Shown here piece after piece: positions 35,847 to 44,932 of a DNA stretch of 46,012 bases. Each line of letters opens with the position of its first letter. Within the stretch, counting starts at the first letter, position 1. A program made the translations under genes and the position numbers. Source of the stretch: Planctomycetota bacterium (GTDB lineage Bacteria; Planctomycetota; Planctomycetia; Pirellulales; Pirellulaceae); assembly GCA_016872635.1 (NCBI GenBank), contig VGZN01000001.1, positions 1 to 46,012 of the forward strand. The letters are read 5' to 3'. The notes beneath the pieces were generated by a model that saw only the letters and a list, made by a program, of their open reading frames with translations, made no database searches and had not been told where the DNA came from.

Positions 35847-37127
35847 TCAAGCGGAGACGGGAGGGATACTCTCGCCTTGGATGAGACAATCGTACGTTTC
35901 TCGCTTGCGAATGCAATGGACTTTGCCATCCTCGATGAGTAACTCTGGGGCGCGATAACGACCGTTGTAATTGCTGGACATCACAAAGCCGTAGGCTCCA
36001 GCGACTTCCATGACCAAAAAATCACCAACGCTGGCCGGAGGAAGCTTGCGTTTGGCAACAAATCCGCCCTCCTCTTGCGTGAAGATATCGCCACTCTCGC
36101 ACAGCGGCCCACCGACAACGACATCGACTAGTTCGGACGGGGGTCTTCCATTTCGGTGCGCGATCGAAATGGGGTGGTACGCACCGTACAGGATCGGTCT
36201 AGCCAAATCATTGAACCCAGCATCGAGCAAATAGAACAAGTTTTCACCCATTTTTTTGACCGCTCGAATCTCCGCGGTCAGAAACCCGCTTTCAGCAACT
36301 AGGTAACGCCCGGGTTCCAATTCCAGAGTGATTGCATGTCCAAAATCCGCCTCAAGCCTTTTTCGGCTCGCGTCCCAAAGGCGAAAATACTGATCCAAAT
36401 CCACGTAGGACTGACCATCGCGGTAAGGAACGGGTAACCCCCCCCCAGCGCTGATCGTCGTAAGCGTTCGACCAATTTGATGGGCAACCCGCTCGAGTGC
36501 GGTGCAAACCTGAGAAAGATGCTCCAGGTCGGTGCCCGACCCGATATGCATGTGCAACCCTGTCACTACAACGTTGTGCAAATCCGCCAAGCGAAGGCAT
36601 CGATCGATGTCTTCATGCCAAATACCATGCTTGGATTGCGGTCCTCCAGTATTGGTTTTCTGGCTATGTCCATGGCCGAAACCAGGATTGATGCGAAGCG
36701 TCACACTCGCACCTGGAACGGCATTCCCCAACTGCTCGATCATGTCGGGTGAACCGCAGTTCACATGCAACCCTAATTCCTTGACCAAATCGATCGCTTC
36801 ACGATCGAACACATCCGCCGTGTAGACAATCCCATGCGGCTTGCTGTGAGGATCGAATCCCGCCGACAACGCACGGCGGACCTCGCCTGCGCTAACTGCA
36901 TCCACCACCACGCCAAGCCGACGCAATCGGTCGAGGATCGCGATGTTCGAGCAAGCCTTTTGCGCGTACCTCACAACGTCGAATGCCTTGAGATCCGCTA
37001 CCTTCTGACGAATGACGTTCATGTCGTAGACATAGCAAGGCGTACCATATTGAGCCACTAGATCGATAATAGGCTGTCCTGCGATGTCTTGTCTCGTGGT
37101 ACTGAAGCGATGGGTAGCTACCGACAT
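35847..37127 (-). CDS. lysA: Diaminopimelate decarboxylase
   Basis: YAQKACSN (PLP Lys), DAVSAGE, TNTGG..SKHG, HMHIGSG, GGG, EPGR, GPLCESGD, GAYG and SNYN. Confidence 0.95.
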   Translation of the reverse strand: MSVATHRFSTTRQDIAGQPIIDLVAQYGTPCYVYDMNVIRQKVADLKAFDVVRYAQKACSNIAILDRLRRLGVVVDAVSAGEVRRALSAGFDPHSKPHGIVYTADVFDREAIDLVKELGLHVNCGSPDMIEQLGNAVPGASVTLRINPGFGHGHSQKTNTGGPQSKHGIWHEDIDRCLRLADLHNVVVTGLHMHIGSGTDLEHLSQVCTALERVAHQIGRTLTTISAGGGLPVPYRDGQSYVDLDQYFRLWDASRKRLEADFGHAITLELEPGRYLVAESGFLTAEIRAVKKMGENLFYLLDAGFNDLARPILYGAYHPISIAHRNGRPPSELVDVVVGGPLCESGDIFTQEEGGFVAKRKLPPASVGDFLVMEVAGAYGFVMSSNYNGRYRAPELLIEDGKVHCIRKRETYDCLIQGESIPPVSA

Positions 37128-37261
37128 TTGCTGCGTATCTTTCCGTTCGTAAGTAGATTCTGCGTTGAGTTGGGAGAGAAAAACTCCATCTCGTTGAAAA
37201 ACGACTGTCTAGCGAGGAAAGCGATTTTCGTTTCGTAACCGTGCCTAATTATCGCTCCGTC

Positions 37262-37311
37262 CCCATCCCTCGATTGGCCCATCCCTCGATTGGCCCATCC
37301 CTCGATTGGCC
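37262..37311. repeat. Perfect 16-bp tandem repeat CCCATCCCTCGATTGG x3
   Basis: Read directly, upstream of lysA. Confidence 0.92.
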
Positions 37312-37385
37312 AGTTTGCGGCTGGCCCAGTCTGCGATGAGCCGGGTCTGCGATAGGAATATTCTGCAGACCGTGAGCGAACTATG

Positions 37386-38282
37386 CTAGGAGTCCGACCA
37401 TTTTTTATTCTGGGCTGACCGATTACGAACGGATTGCGAATACCGTTCAAGAAACTTCTTTTCGCGAGAGCTAAGCGAATCCTTCCCAAAGTTATGGATT
37501 TTATCGAGCAATCGGTCCGCTTCCGCCGCATCCTTCTCTTCTCGATCTTCAGTCCGGTCAGAGCGCACTTTTAACCGGGGGCCAGTCAGTCGCCGCAGGG
37601 CTTTTCGAAATGCATCGGCGGGAGACTCCAGGAACGAAAAATTCCATCTGAGAAAGAAATAGAGCGCGGCGAACAGAATACCGAAAATATGCACGTCGTA
37701 GGCGACACCTTGTGCCGATTGCAAAAAGAAGTTGCTCAGGACAAAAATGACGCCGAGTACCCAAGCTGGCATCGGGAAAACGATAAACACAACAGTCGCA
37801 CGGGGATAATTAAACACGAACAGCATCGAGATGCAGAGAACAGCCCCCGAGGCCCCCAAAACCGGAACGGATCCACCGGTGAAAAAACGCGTCAGTAACC
37901 AACAAACACCACAAAACAAAGCGCTGATTAGATAAACCCGCAGGAACTCGTTTCGACCATAGGTTTGCTCGACGGCCCGCCCCATGAAGTACAGGCTGAG
38001 CATATTGAAGAAGATATGCGATGGGCTACTAGCATCGTGCGCGAATGCATAGGAAAAAGTCCGGACCCACTTCAGCGGTTCCATCCAATCCTGCGGCCAC
38101 AGCATTAATGCTTCGTTGACTTTGCCCTGGAACCCAACCGTAGGGGAACCAAAGAGCATATTCGCAATGAAGACCGCCACATTGATTATGATGAGGATGG
38201 ACACAGCAGATCGCTGGTTCCAATCCGGCCTCAAGTCGAGGCCAGCGTCGTCTCGGTAATATCCGCGATCATAAAGTCCCAT
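37386..38282 (-). CDS. Rhomboid intramembrane serine protease with C-terminal DUF6576-like tail
   Basis: FAH, HIFFNM, catalytic GASG and His in AYDVHIFG. C-terminal DRLLDKIHNFGKDSLSSREKKFL. Confidence 0.88.
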   Translation of the reverse strand: MGLYDRGYYRDDAGLDLRPDWNQRSAVSILIIINVAVFIANMLFGSPTVGFQGKVNEALMLWPQDWMEPLKWVRTFSYAFAHDASSPSHIFFNMLSLYFMGRAVEQTYGRNEFLRVYLISALFCGVCWLLTRFFTGGSVPVLGASGAVLCISMLFVFNYPRATVVFIVFPMPAWVLGVIFVLSNFFLQSAQGVAYDVHIFGILFAALYFFLRWNFSFLESPADAFRKALRRLTGPRLKVRSDRTEDREEKDAAEADRLLDKIHNFGKDSLSSREKKFLERYSQSVRNRSAQNKKWSDS

Positions 38283-38290
38283 ACCGGTGT

Positions 38291-38299
38291 ATTCTAACA
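38291..38299 (-). promoter_or_regulatory. Extended -10 element (TG-T-TAGAAT) 8 nt before the rhomboid ATG
   Basis: Minus strand reads CTGTTAGAATACACCGGT-ATG, with no SD. Confidence 0.5.
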
Positions 38300-38363
38300 G
38301 ACCTTGTCGAAGTTGATCAGTGGACTTATCGCAAGCGATTCATCGCTGACGAGGCATAGTCTC

Positions 38364-40148
38364 TCAGTCCTGATCGCTGGGATTGTCGAGTTTTGGAGGG
38401 CGATTACTATCCTCCGCCTCTGTTCCCGCAGAATTGCTATCCGCAGCGGGGGACGCGCTCGGAGAGTCCTTTGGCGAATCCGTTTTTGGAGTTTCCTCAG
38501 TCGGCTTTGCTACGGGTTCCGAGAAACCATACGCTTTCGCGAGCGGAGTGCTGAAGAAGTCTTCGGGGCTACCCAATTCCGATGATTTCGCCCTCCAATC
38601 CGCCAACGTTTTCTCGACGTTAAAATCGAGGTAGTCGGCGTCGTAGGCTCGTCGGAACATCATGAACTCATACAAAACAAATCGTTCATCGATTTCCTCA
38701 TCGATAAGCTTCTTGTAGCGATTGATCGACTTGAGAACATCCTCGCCCACATCTTCCGTCATCACCACTGGGTAGTAACGGAAAACTTTGTCCCATCGCA
38801 CCCACGCCGCTTCGTATTTTTCAACGGCACCCTTGATGTCAGCGACATCGATCAATTGGTTCGCTTCGAACATCAATCGTCGTGCATCGACCATCATCTG
38901 CTGCTGCTCTGCCAATGCACGAACTTCCCAATACGCATAGTTGACTTGCTCTCGGAGTGAGTTCGTGTTGCGGGCATAGTCCTCTGCTGCAGATAAATCG
39001 TTAGCCAATTCCAGTGCCTCAATTTGATTGGCACGAGGCAACTGCCCCGCGAGCTCTTGGTAGTTTGGCTCTATCATAGTTTCCACTTCTGCCGCAGCGA
39101 TTCGGTCTTGGGTATTTCGTTCATTGGCGGGCTTGTTGAACGCTTCCAACTTCGCAGCAGGAACTTTGCTCTTCTTCGATTCGCGAACTACCTCTCGTAC
39201 GCTCTGTGTCAGATCGAGGAATTTCTTCTTGAGGTTCAAAACGTTTTGCTTGGCAATATCGAAGCTTCTCAGCGTGACCGCCGTTGACGACGTGCCACCT
39301 AGCTCTCGGTTCCCAAACTCTTTCCACTCTCGGCCAGCCCGCTCCCAGACGAACCTCGCTCGATCATCAAGGACACCTTCGTCTTCGATGGCTTCACCGT
39401 GGTACATCTGCCACAAGGGAGCATAGCTAAACAACAAGTGAGGCGACTTCTTGATCGGAGCACCTTCGGTGACTAAACGGTAGGCTCCTTCGAACCATAG
39501 CTTTCCAACCAGCCAATTGTCGGGTTTGCGGTCAGGCCCCATGGCATCGTCCGAAGTCGCATTAAGCCCCTTGTCAACAAAGTACTGATGAAACTCATTG
39601 TCGTTGCGGAAAAGATCCCGATACTGCCTCTTTTCATCAGCCTTCCCGAGTTTGTTACCGACGTAATGCCCTAACTCGTACTGCAGAATCGGTTTCCGCG
39701 TGTTGAACTTAGTCCCCTTCACCAAATAATCGATCCCTTTCTTGACCCACTCATATCTCTGCCGGAAGTCTTCGAACTCAGGCGACACGTTGTAGCTTAA
39801 GTTATGGGCCTGATGCTGCCAGACGCTGATGAAGTGAGGCTGCAACAGAGAGATCTGGTTCAAGGTTGCCGAGAACCGATCAAAGTACTTTTCTTCTTTG
39901 TAGTAGTCCGCTCGAATCCAGAGGATAGTCGATGCGATTCCTCGCATACCCAACGTCGCTAATCGCATACTCTCGCTCGTCGGGTCCAACTTACCAAGAT
40001 CCGCTTGACCAATCCTGTACCGGCTTCGCATCTCGGTGATCTTGCCTTCACCCTTGCTCGCGGGACGGCCCAAGTAGTAGAGGGGTAGCAACAGCGCGAC
40101 AATCGCGAGGATGTAAGCAATTTTTCGGCCCAAACTTCGATTGTTCAC
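38364..40148 (-). CDS. Membrane-anchored TPR-like accessory protein of ABC system
   Basis: N-terminal TM followed by the block LGMRGIASTILWIRA...LLQPHFISVW...NLSYN and helical repeats. The GTG start overlaps the permease TGA (GTGA at 40145-40148). Confidence 0.75.
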   Translation of the reverse strand: MNNRSLGRKIAYILAIVALLLPLYYLGRPASKGEGKITEMRSRYRIGQADLGKLDPTSESMRLATLGMRGIASTILWIRADYYKEEKYFDRFSATLNQISLLQPHFISVWQHQAHNLSYNVSPEFEDFRQRYEWVKKGIDYLVKGTKFNTRKPILQYELGHYVGNKLGKADEKRQYRDLFRNDNEFHQYFVDKGLNATSDDAMGPDRKPDNWLVGKLWFEGAYRLVTEGAPIKKSPHLLFSYAPLWQMYHGEAIEDEGVLDDRARFVWERAGREWKEFGNRELGGTSSTAVTLRSFDIAKQNVLNLKKKFLDLTQSVREVVRESKKSKVPAAKLEAFNKPANERNTQDRIAAAEVETMIEPNYQELAGQLPRANQIEALELANDLSAAEDYARNTNSLREQVNYAYWEVRALAEQQQMMVDARRLMFEANQLIDVADIKGAVEKYEAAWVRWDKVFRYYPVVMTEDVGEDVLKSINRYKKLIDEEIDERFVLYEFMMFRRAYDADYLDFNVEKTLADWRAKSSELGSPEDFFSTPLAKAYGFSEPVAKPTEETPKTDSPKDSPSASPAADSNSAGTEAEDSNRPPKLDNPSDQD

Positions 40149-41941
40149 GCTGCCATCTCCCGTGTTTTCAGGAAGAAATAACTCACCAAACTAGTCAATA
40201 TAAAATATCCGAATGCGATGGTTAAGTGGCGTCCTAGCAACCCCCCGAACAAATTGAATCCGTACGCAACGAAGTCAGCTGTTCCAAGTTGGTCAAAGTT
40301 TGGAACAGCATTCTTCAGCTGAACAACAGCTCTCAACAACTGTTCGTCAATTTTCGTGATCGCTGTCTGCAATGCTTCATTGCCCAGATCGAGTTCGAGT
40401 TGCGAACCTGATTGGAGGGGTATTCGAATCAATGACTCGAGTGGACCACCACCCTTCGTGTTGGTGCTCTGAATCTGATCGATGAAAAACCCGAAGAAGC
40501 CCAACACAATTGCAGAGATAGTTGCGATTATAGCAACCGGCCCCGACAAGAACGTGGAAAACATTACCCCGAAACAAATCACGATAAACATTTGCAACCA
40601 AATACTGATGTACCCCTTTACAAAGTTCCACCAGAACTGAAGGTCGTTGGGCCGTAGATAAACATCCGCGGCGGCCATCCCCAAGTACTGTCCTCGGTCT
40701 TGGCATCGGATGACAACATCAAAACTACCATTGGGTGCGATGTCTTTGAAGAAATCAATTTCGGCTGGCTGCTTATCCTTGGACCCCTTCTTATCCTTGG
40801 ACCCCTTCACCTTGGTCTTAATGGTGCGTCGGTCGACCTGAAACTCTTTGACCTTGAATGCTTCGGGTTCGGTTTGGGCGGTGCCATCGATGCTTCTAAA
40901 ATAGATAATTCCGCCTACTGGAGTCACGATATCCCCTTTGTAGGTTCGGAATGCCGAGATCGTCATATCGTAACTGATGACATCTTTAAACAACGAAGGC
41001 GATACCCCTTCAAACCGCCAAACGGCGCTCGAGAGCGTGTCCCCTTCGATGTACTTTTGGTACTCCGACATGTAACCAACGTTGTATCCGGTGTTGGTTT
41101 CACCATCACGTCCAGTGAAGGCCAAGGATTTTGCATAGACAGGGACCCTCGCTGTCAAATCGTCGATCGGTTTCTTGACAATGATCTTATCGCCTACTTT
41201 CTCGACGATGTGGCGATGCCCTTTCACCTCATTGGTAGTTCCTCGCCCGGATTCATTGAGCGTGTAGGTATGTTTGTGGCGGTTCGCATAGGACGTCTCG
41301 CCGGTGGTTCCCTCTGCGGAGGTCGACACGGTCTCATGCGTGTGCCTCAACCCCCTCACCACGAACACGTAGCTAAGCAATCCCATAGCGACCAGAACCA
41401 GCGTTCCAATCGCTGTAAACCCGAGCACCCGCCCGAGAAACAACTCTAGTGGTCGCACAGGCTTGGTAACAATCGTGTAGATCGTCCGGCTTTTGATATC
41501 CGCTGGGATACTGAAGCAACTGACAAACAACCCAAGGACAATGACCATGTAATTCGTCATTGTCAAAACGAAGGAAATGTAGAGACGTGCCGGGTAATCG
41601 GCATTTTCGTCGAGGTACCAACCGGCAAACATCATTCCGACGATAAAGATACCGACGACCACCAAAACCTTCTTCCGAATCGACTCTTTGATGGCGAGTT
41701 TAGCCATTGCAAAGATACGCCGAAACGACATTTTCGGAATATCAACAGTAAACAACTGCCCGATAATGCGAGCAACTTGAAGAAATCCTTCGCTTGGCCC
41801 GTGCTTGATAACGGCCACGATGTAACCGATAACGAACCCGAGAATGGCAAGGACTAGGGCCAAGAAGAATCCATCGCGAAGGCCGTTCTTCTGGAACAAC
41901 CATTCGCTGTAGGTCCAGAACTGTTCAGGTGAAAGTCGCAT
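40145..41941 (-). CDS. ABC-2 type transporter permease with large extracytoplasmic insert
   Basis: Multiple TMs, the motif IPADIKSRTIYTIVTKPVRPLELFLGR and C-terminal FLKTRE. Confidence 0.85.
   Translation of the reverse strand: MRLSPEQFWTYSEWLFQKNGLRDGFFLALVLAILGFVIGYIVAVIKHGPSEGFLQVARIIGQLFTVDIPKMSFRRIFAMAKLAIKESIRKKVLVVVGIFIVGMMFAGWYLDENADYPARLYISFVLTMTNYMVIVLGLFVSCFSIPADIKSRTIYTIVTKPVRPLELFLGRVLGFTAIGTLVLVAMGLLSYVFVVRGLRHTHETVSTSAEGTTGETSYANRHKHTYTLNESGRGTTNEVKGHRHIVEKVGDKIIVKKPIDDLTARVPVYAKSLAFTGRDGETNTGYNVGYMSEYQKYIEGDTLSSAVWRFEGVSPSLFKDVISYDMTISAFRTYKGDIVTPVGGIIYFRSIDGTAQTEPEAFKVKEFQVDRRTIKTKVKGSKDKKGSKDKQPAEIDFFKDIAPNGSFDVVIRCQDRGQYLGMAAADVYLRPNDLQFWWNFVKGYISIWLQMFIVICFGVMFSTFLSGPVAIIATISAIVLGFFGFFIDQIQSTNTKGGGPLESLIRIPLQSGSQLELDLGNEALQTAITKIDEQLLRAVVQLKNAVPNFDQLGTADFVAYGFNLFGGLLGRHLTIAFGYFILTSLVSYFFLKTREMAA
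40772..40808. repeat. In-frame 18-bp duplication (KGSKDK x2)
   Basis: CTTATCCTTGGACCCCTT x2, read directly. Confidence 0.85.
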
Positions 41942-42036
41942 AATCGATTTGCTTCAACAGCACCGAGATCACGGAATCAAAATTCGAAAAGAGTTCAAAC
42001 GTCAGAAAGATCCGACGTTTTCAGTTGGCTTGATGT

Positions 42037-42966
42037 CTAGGAATTGCTTCCGCGACGACCGGGTCGCTGCTCGCTCTCACGAACGATATCCAAGAACAAC
42101 TCTTCCATGGTCGTCGTTGGATTATCCATACGCTTGAGGGCACCACCCGAACGCTCGATAATTCCCTGGATCTCCTTCTTGGCTTCTTCTGAGAGACCGG
42201 AAGCATGAATCTCGGTCACATCCTGAACCTTGAGCAAGCTATCGACCCGACCTAGTTCCTTGAGCTCTCCCTGGTGAAGAATCGCAACACGGTCGCATAC
42301 ATCCTGAACGTCCGCCAACTGGTGCGAGCACAGCAGGATCGTCTTGCCCTCTTCTCGCAAACGAAGGATCAAATCCTTCATTTCACGCGTGCCGATCGGA
42401 TCCAAGCCAGTGGTCGGTTCGTCGAGAACCAAAAACTCGGGTTCATTGATCAGAGCCTGAGCCAAACCGATCCGGCGGGTCATCCCCTTCGAATATTCCC
42501 GCAATTGACGCCGTCGGGCCCGTTGAAGCCCCACCATCTGAATCAACTTTTCTGTCCGCTCCCTTCGGACTTCAGCCGACATATCGAAGAGGCGACCGTA
42601 AAAATCAAGCGTCTCCTCCGCATTCAAGAATTTGTACAGGTAGGACTCTTCGGGCAGGTAACCGATCCGCTCGTTCTTCGACACATCGGTAGCCTCTTTA
42701 CCAAAAACGAATACGCGGCCCGCCGTTGGGAACAAAAGCCCCAGCATCAGCTTAATCGTTGTCGACTTTCCAGAACCATTCGGACCTAGAAGTCCGAAGA
42801 TCTCCCCTTTCCGAACTTCCAGATCCAACGATTTGAGGGCGTTCACTTTTTTTCGCCCCCAGAAGTCGCGGTAGATCTTCCCTAGATTGCGGGTCTCCAC
42901 AACCACGTTCGTGGGATCGTTGACGGAATTAGGTGCCGCCGGATTTTGGGCCAGTGTCGTCGCCAT
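42037..42966 (-). CDS. ABC transporter ATP-binding protein
   Basis: Walker [10 protein letters not shown], signature YSKGM, Walker B LVLDEPT and H-loop SH. Confidence 0.95.
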   Translation of the reverse strand: MATTLAQNPAAPNSVNDPTNVVVETRNLGKIYRDFWGRKKVNALKSLDLEVRKGEIFGLLGPNGSGKSTTIKLMLGLLFPTAGRVFVFGKEATDVSKNERIGYLPEESYLYKFLNAEETLDFYGRLFDMSAEVRRERTEKLIQMVGLQRARRRQLREYSKGMTRRIGLAQALINEPEFLVLDEPTTGLDPIGTREMKDLILRLREEGKTILLCSHQLADVQDVCDRVAILHQGELKELGRVDSLLKVQDVTEIHASGLSEEAKKEIQGIIERSGGALKRMDNPTTTMEELFLDIVRESEQRPGRRGSNS

Positions 42967-43289
42967 TTGAGTCGCGTAAGGTATGAAGGGAGGAGTGGAC
43001 AGACTGGATCGAGAACTGCCGACGTTCGCGTTTCCGGGATGAGGGTTGAAAAACGCAAAGTCTAGGACAGATCAGGCGCCAATTTCGCGCACTTTCCGTG
43101 TACGCTTTCCTTTCCCTGGTGGTTCATCGAGACACTGGAAAGGTCCCAAAGAACGGGAAAAACGCCAACTGCGAGCCTTGGCGGACGGAATCACAGCCTG
43201 TTCAAGGGCTCAATTTACCTGTTCGGACAGTCCCCATTTTCGCGGGGCTTCCTATAATTCGCTCCAAACGGGGAACTCGCACCTTTCGT

Positions 43290-43315
43290 TCCGCTCTAAC
43301 GATCCGCTCTAACAA
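43290..43315. repeat. 13-bp tandem duplication TCCGCTCTAACrA x2
   Basis: Read directly in the ABC/folC divergent region. Confidence 0.8.
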
Positions 43316-43491
43316 TGGGACGGGTTGCGGGGATGCAAAACGCCAGGGGTGTCCTCCGCCGCAACGCTTTTTCGGGCCAGTTATCCCGCTGCATTCCCCG
43401 AATAGCCTCGCTGCTTGCCTTGTTTGTCATAACCTACGGCCACGCTCGATTCGCGGCGACATTCGAACTGAATTTGATCAAAAAGAGTTTG

Positions 43492-44895
43492 ATGGAACGA
43501 TCCGACCCGAAGTATGCCGCCGCTGCAAGATTCCTGCTGGATCGCATCAACTACGAAAAGACCGTAGATCGGCCTTACGACCAGCAGACATTTCGCCTCG
43601 GTCGTATGGTTTTCTTACTCGATTGCCTTGAAAACCCCCACCTTAGCGCACCTGTAATCCATATCGCTGGAACCAAGGGCAAGGGATCAGTGGCTTGGCT
43701 CCTTGCAGAGGGATTGCGGCGATCTGGGTTGACGACAGGTCTCTACACATCACCCCACCTTGAGTTCCTCGAAGAACGGTTCGTTATCAACGGCCAGCCC
43801 ATTTCGCCCGAACGTTGGGTGAACAACCTACCCCGCCTGAAGCATGCCGCCGATCGCTGCGAAAAATCAGAGCACGGTTCTCCAACTTTTTTCGAACTCA
43901 CAACAGCGCTGGCTTGGTTGCTGTTCCAACAAGCGAGCACCGATGTGAATGTAATCGAGGTCGGCTTGGGTGGGCGATTGGACAGCACCAACGTTTGCGC
44001 ACCCACACTATCGATCATCACTAGCATCAGCTTTGACCACCAGCAGCAATTGGGAAATACACTAGCCCTGATCGCGTCGGAAAAGGCTGGGATTATCAAG
44101 CACAAGGTACCGATCATTCACGGCGTTCGCGTGGGAGAAGCCCGCGATGTCATCCGGCGCGTTGCGGAAACCCATGGTTCGGACTTATGGGAACTCGGCG
44201 TCGACTTCGATACCAAAATCACTCCGAATCCTCCTCCCCAAAAAAGCCAAATCGAATTCTTGCGACTCACAGATCGGGTCCCTTTACCATCCGCGACCCA
44301 CTATCCGTTGGGAATGCTCGGACGGCACCAAGGAGACAATGCCGCCTTGGTCATCGCAGCATGGCAACACCTGACCGCTGACGGGTGGGATCTTACCATC
44401 AACGCACTCGAGCAAAGCCTATCTGAAACACAACTCCCCGCGCGAGTGGAAATTGTTCACCGATCTCCTACGATAATCATCGACAGTGCTCACAACGAAG
44501 CCTCCATCCATGCTCTCTTAGATACCCTGCATTCGTACTTTGATACGGATCGTCGCACTATCATTTTTGCTTGTTCCAAAGACAAAAAATACCGGGAGAT
44601 GCTGCAGGAGATCCTGCCCAAGTGCGACCGATTGATTTTGACGCAGTACCACTCCAATCCTCGTTTCGTACCAGTAGAAAGACTCGAGGAGTTGGCTTCG
44701 GAATTAAAATTAGATGCACAAAACTCCAACGCATCTGATTCAGAATCTGTGAGGCGTATTGAAATCTTATCAGCGCCCAACATCGACGAAGCAATCCGTT
44801 TCGCAAGGCACGACACTATCGAAAACGAATTGATATGTATCACCGGTTCGTTTTTCATCGCATCGGAAGCGAGACTCCGGCTGCTCCAATCGTAG
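43492..44895 (+). CDS. folC: Bifunctional folylpolyglutamate synthase/dihydrofolate synthase
   Basis: IHIAGTKGKGS, YTSPHL, TFFE, EVGLGGRLDSTN, EKAGIIK, DSAHN and TGSF. Start trimmed to ATG 43492. Confidence 0.93.
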   Translation: MERSDPKYAAAARFLLDRINYEKTVDRPYDQQTFRLGRMVFLLDCLENPHLSAPVIHIAGTKGKGSVAWLLAEGLRRSGLTTGLYTSPHLEFLEERFVINGQPISPERWVNNLPRLKHAADRCEKSEHGSPTFFELTTALAWLLFQQASTDVNVIEVGLGGRLDSTNVCAPTLSIITSISFDHQQQLGNTLALIASEKAGIIKHKVPIIHGVRVGEARDVIRRVAETHGSDLWELGVDFDTKITPNPPPQKSQIEFLRLTDRVPLPSATHYPLGMLGRHQGDNAALVIAAWQHLTADGWDLTINALEQSLSETQLPARVEIVHRSPTIIIDSAHNEASIHALLDTLHSYFDTDRRTIIFACSKDKKYREMLQEILPKCDRLILTQYHSNPRFVPVERLEELASELKLDAQNSNASDSESVRRIEILSAPNIDEAIRFARHDTIENELICITGSFFIASEARLRLLQS

Positions 44896-44932
44896 GTTGG
44901 CAGTCCGCTTTGATACACGCGGCAACGAACCT

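Noticed and set aside
36438-36446. G9 homopolymer in lysA as a phase-variation tract
   Set aside because: It encodes the conserved GGG PLP-binding motif, is in frame, and lies in a housekeeping gene.
37128-37385. Lysine riboswitch upstream of lysA
   Set aside because: No recognisable lysine aptamer consensus, and the space is occupied by a tandem repeat.
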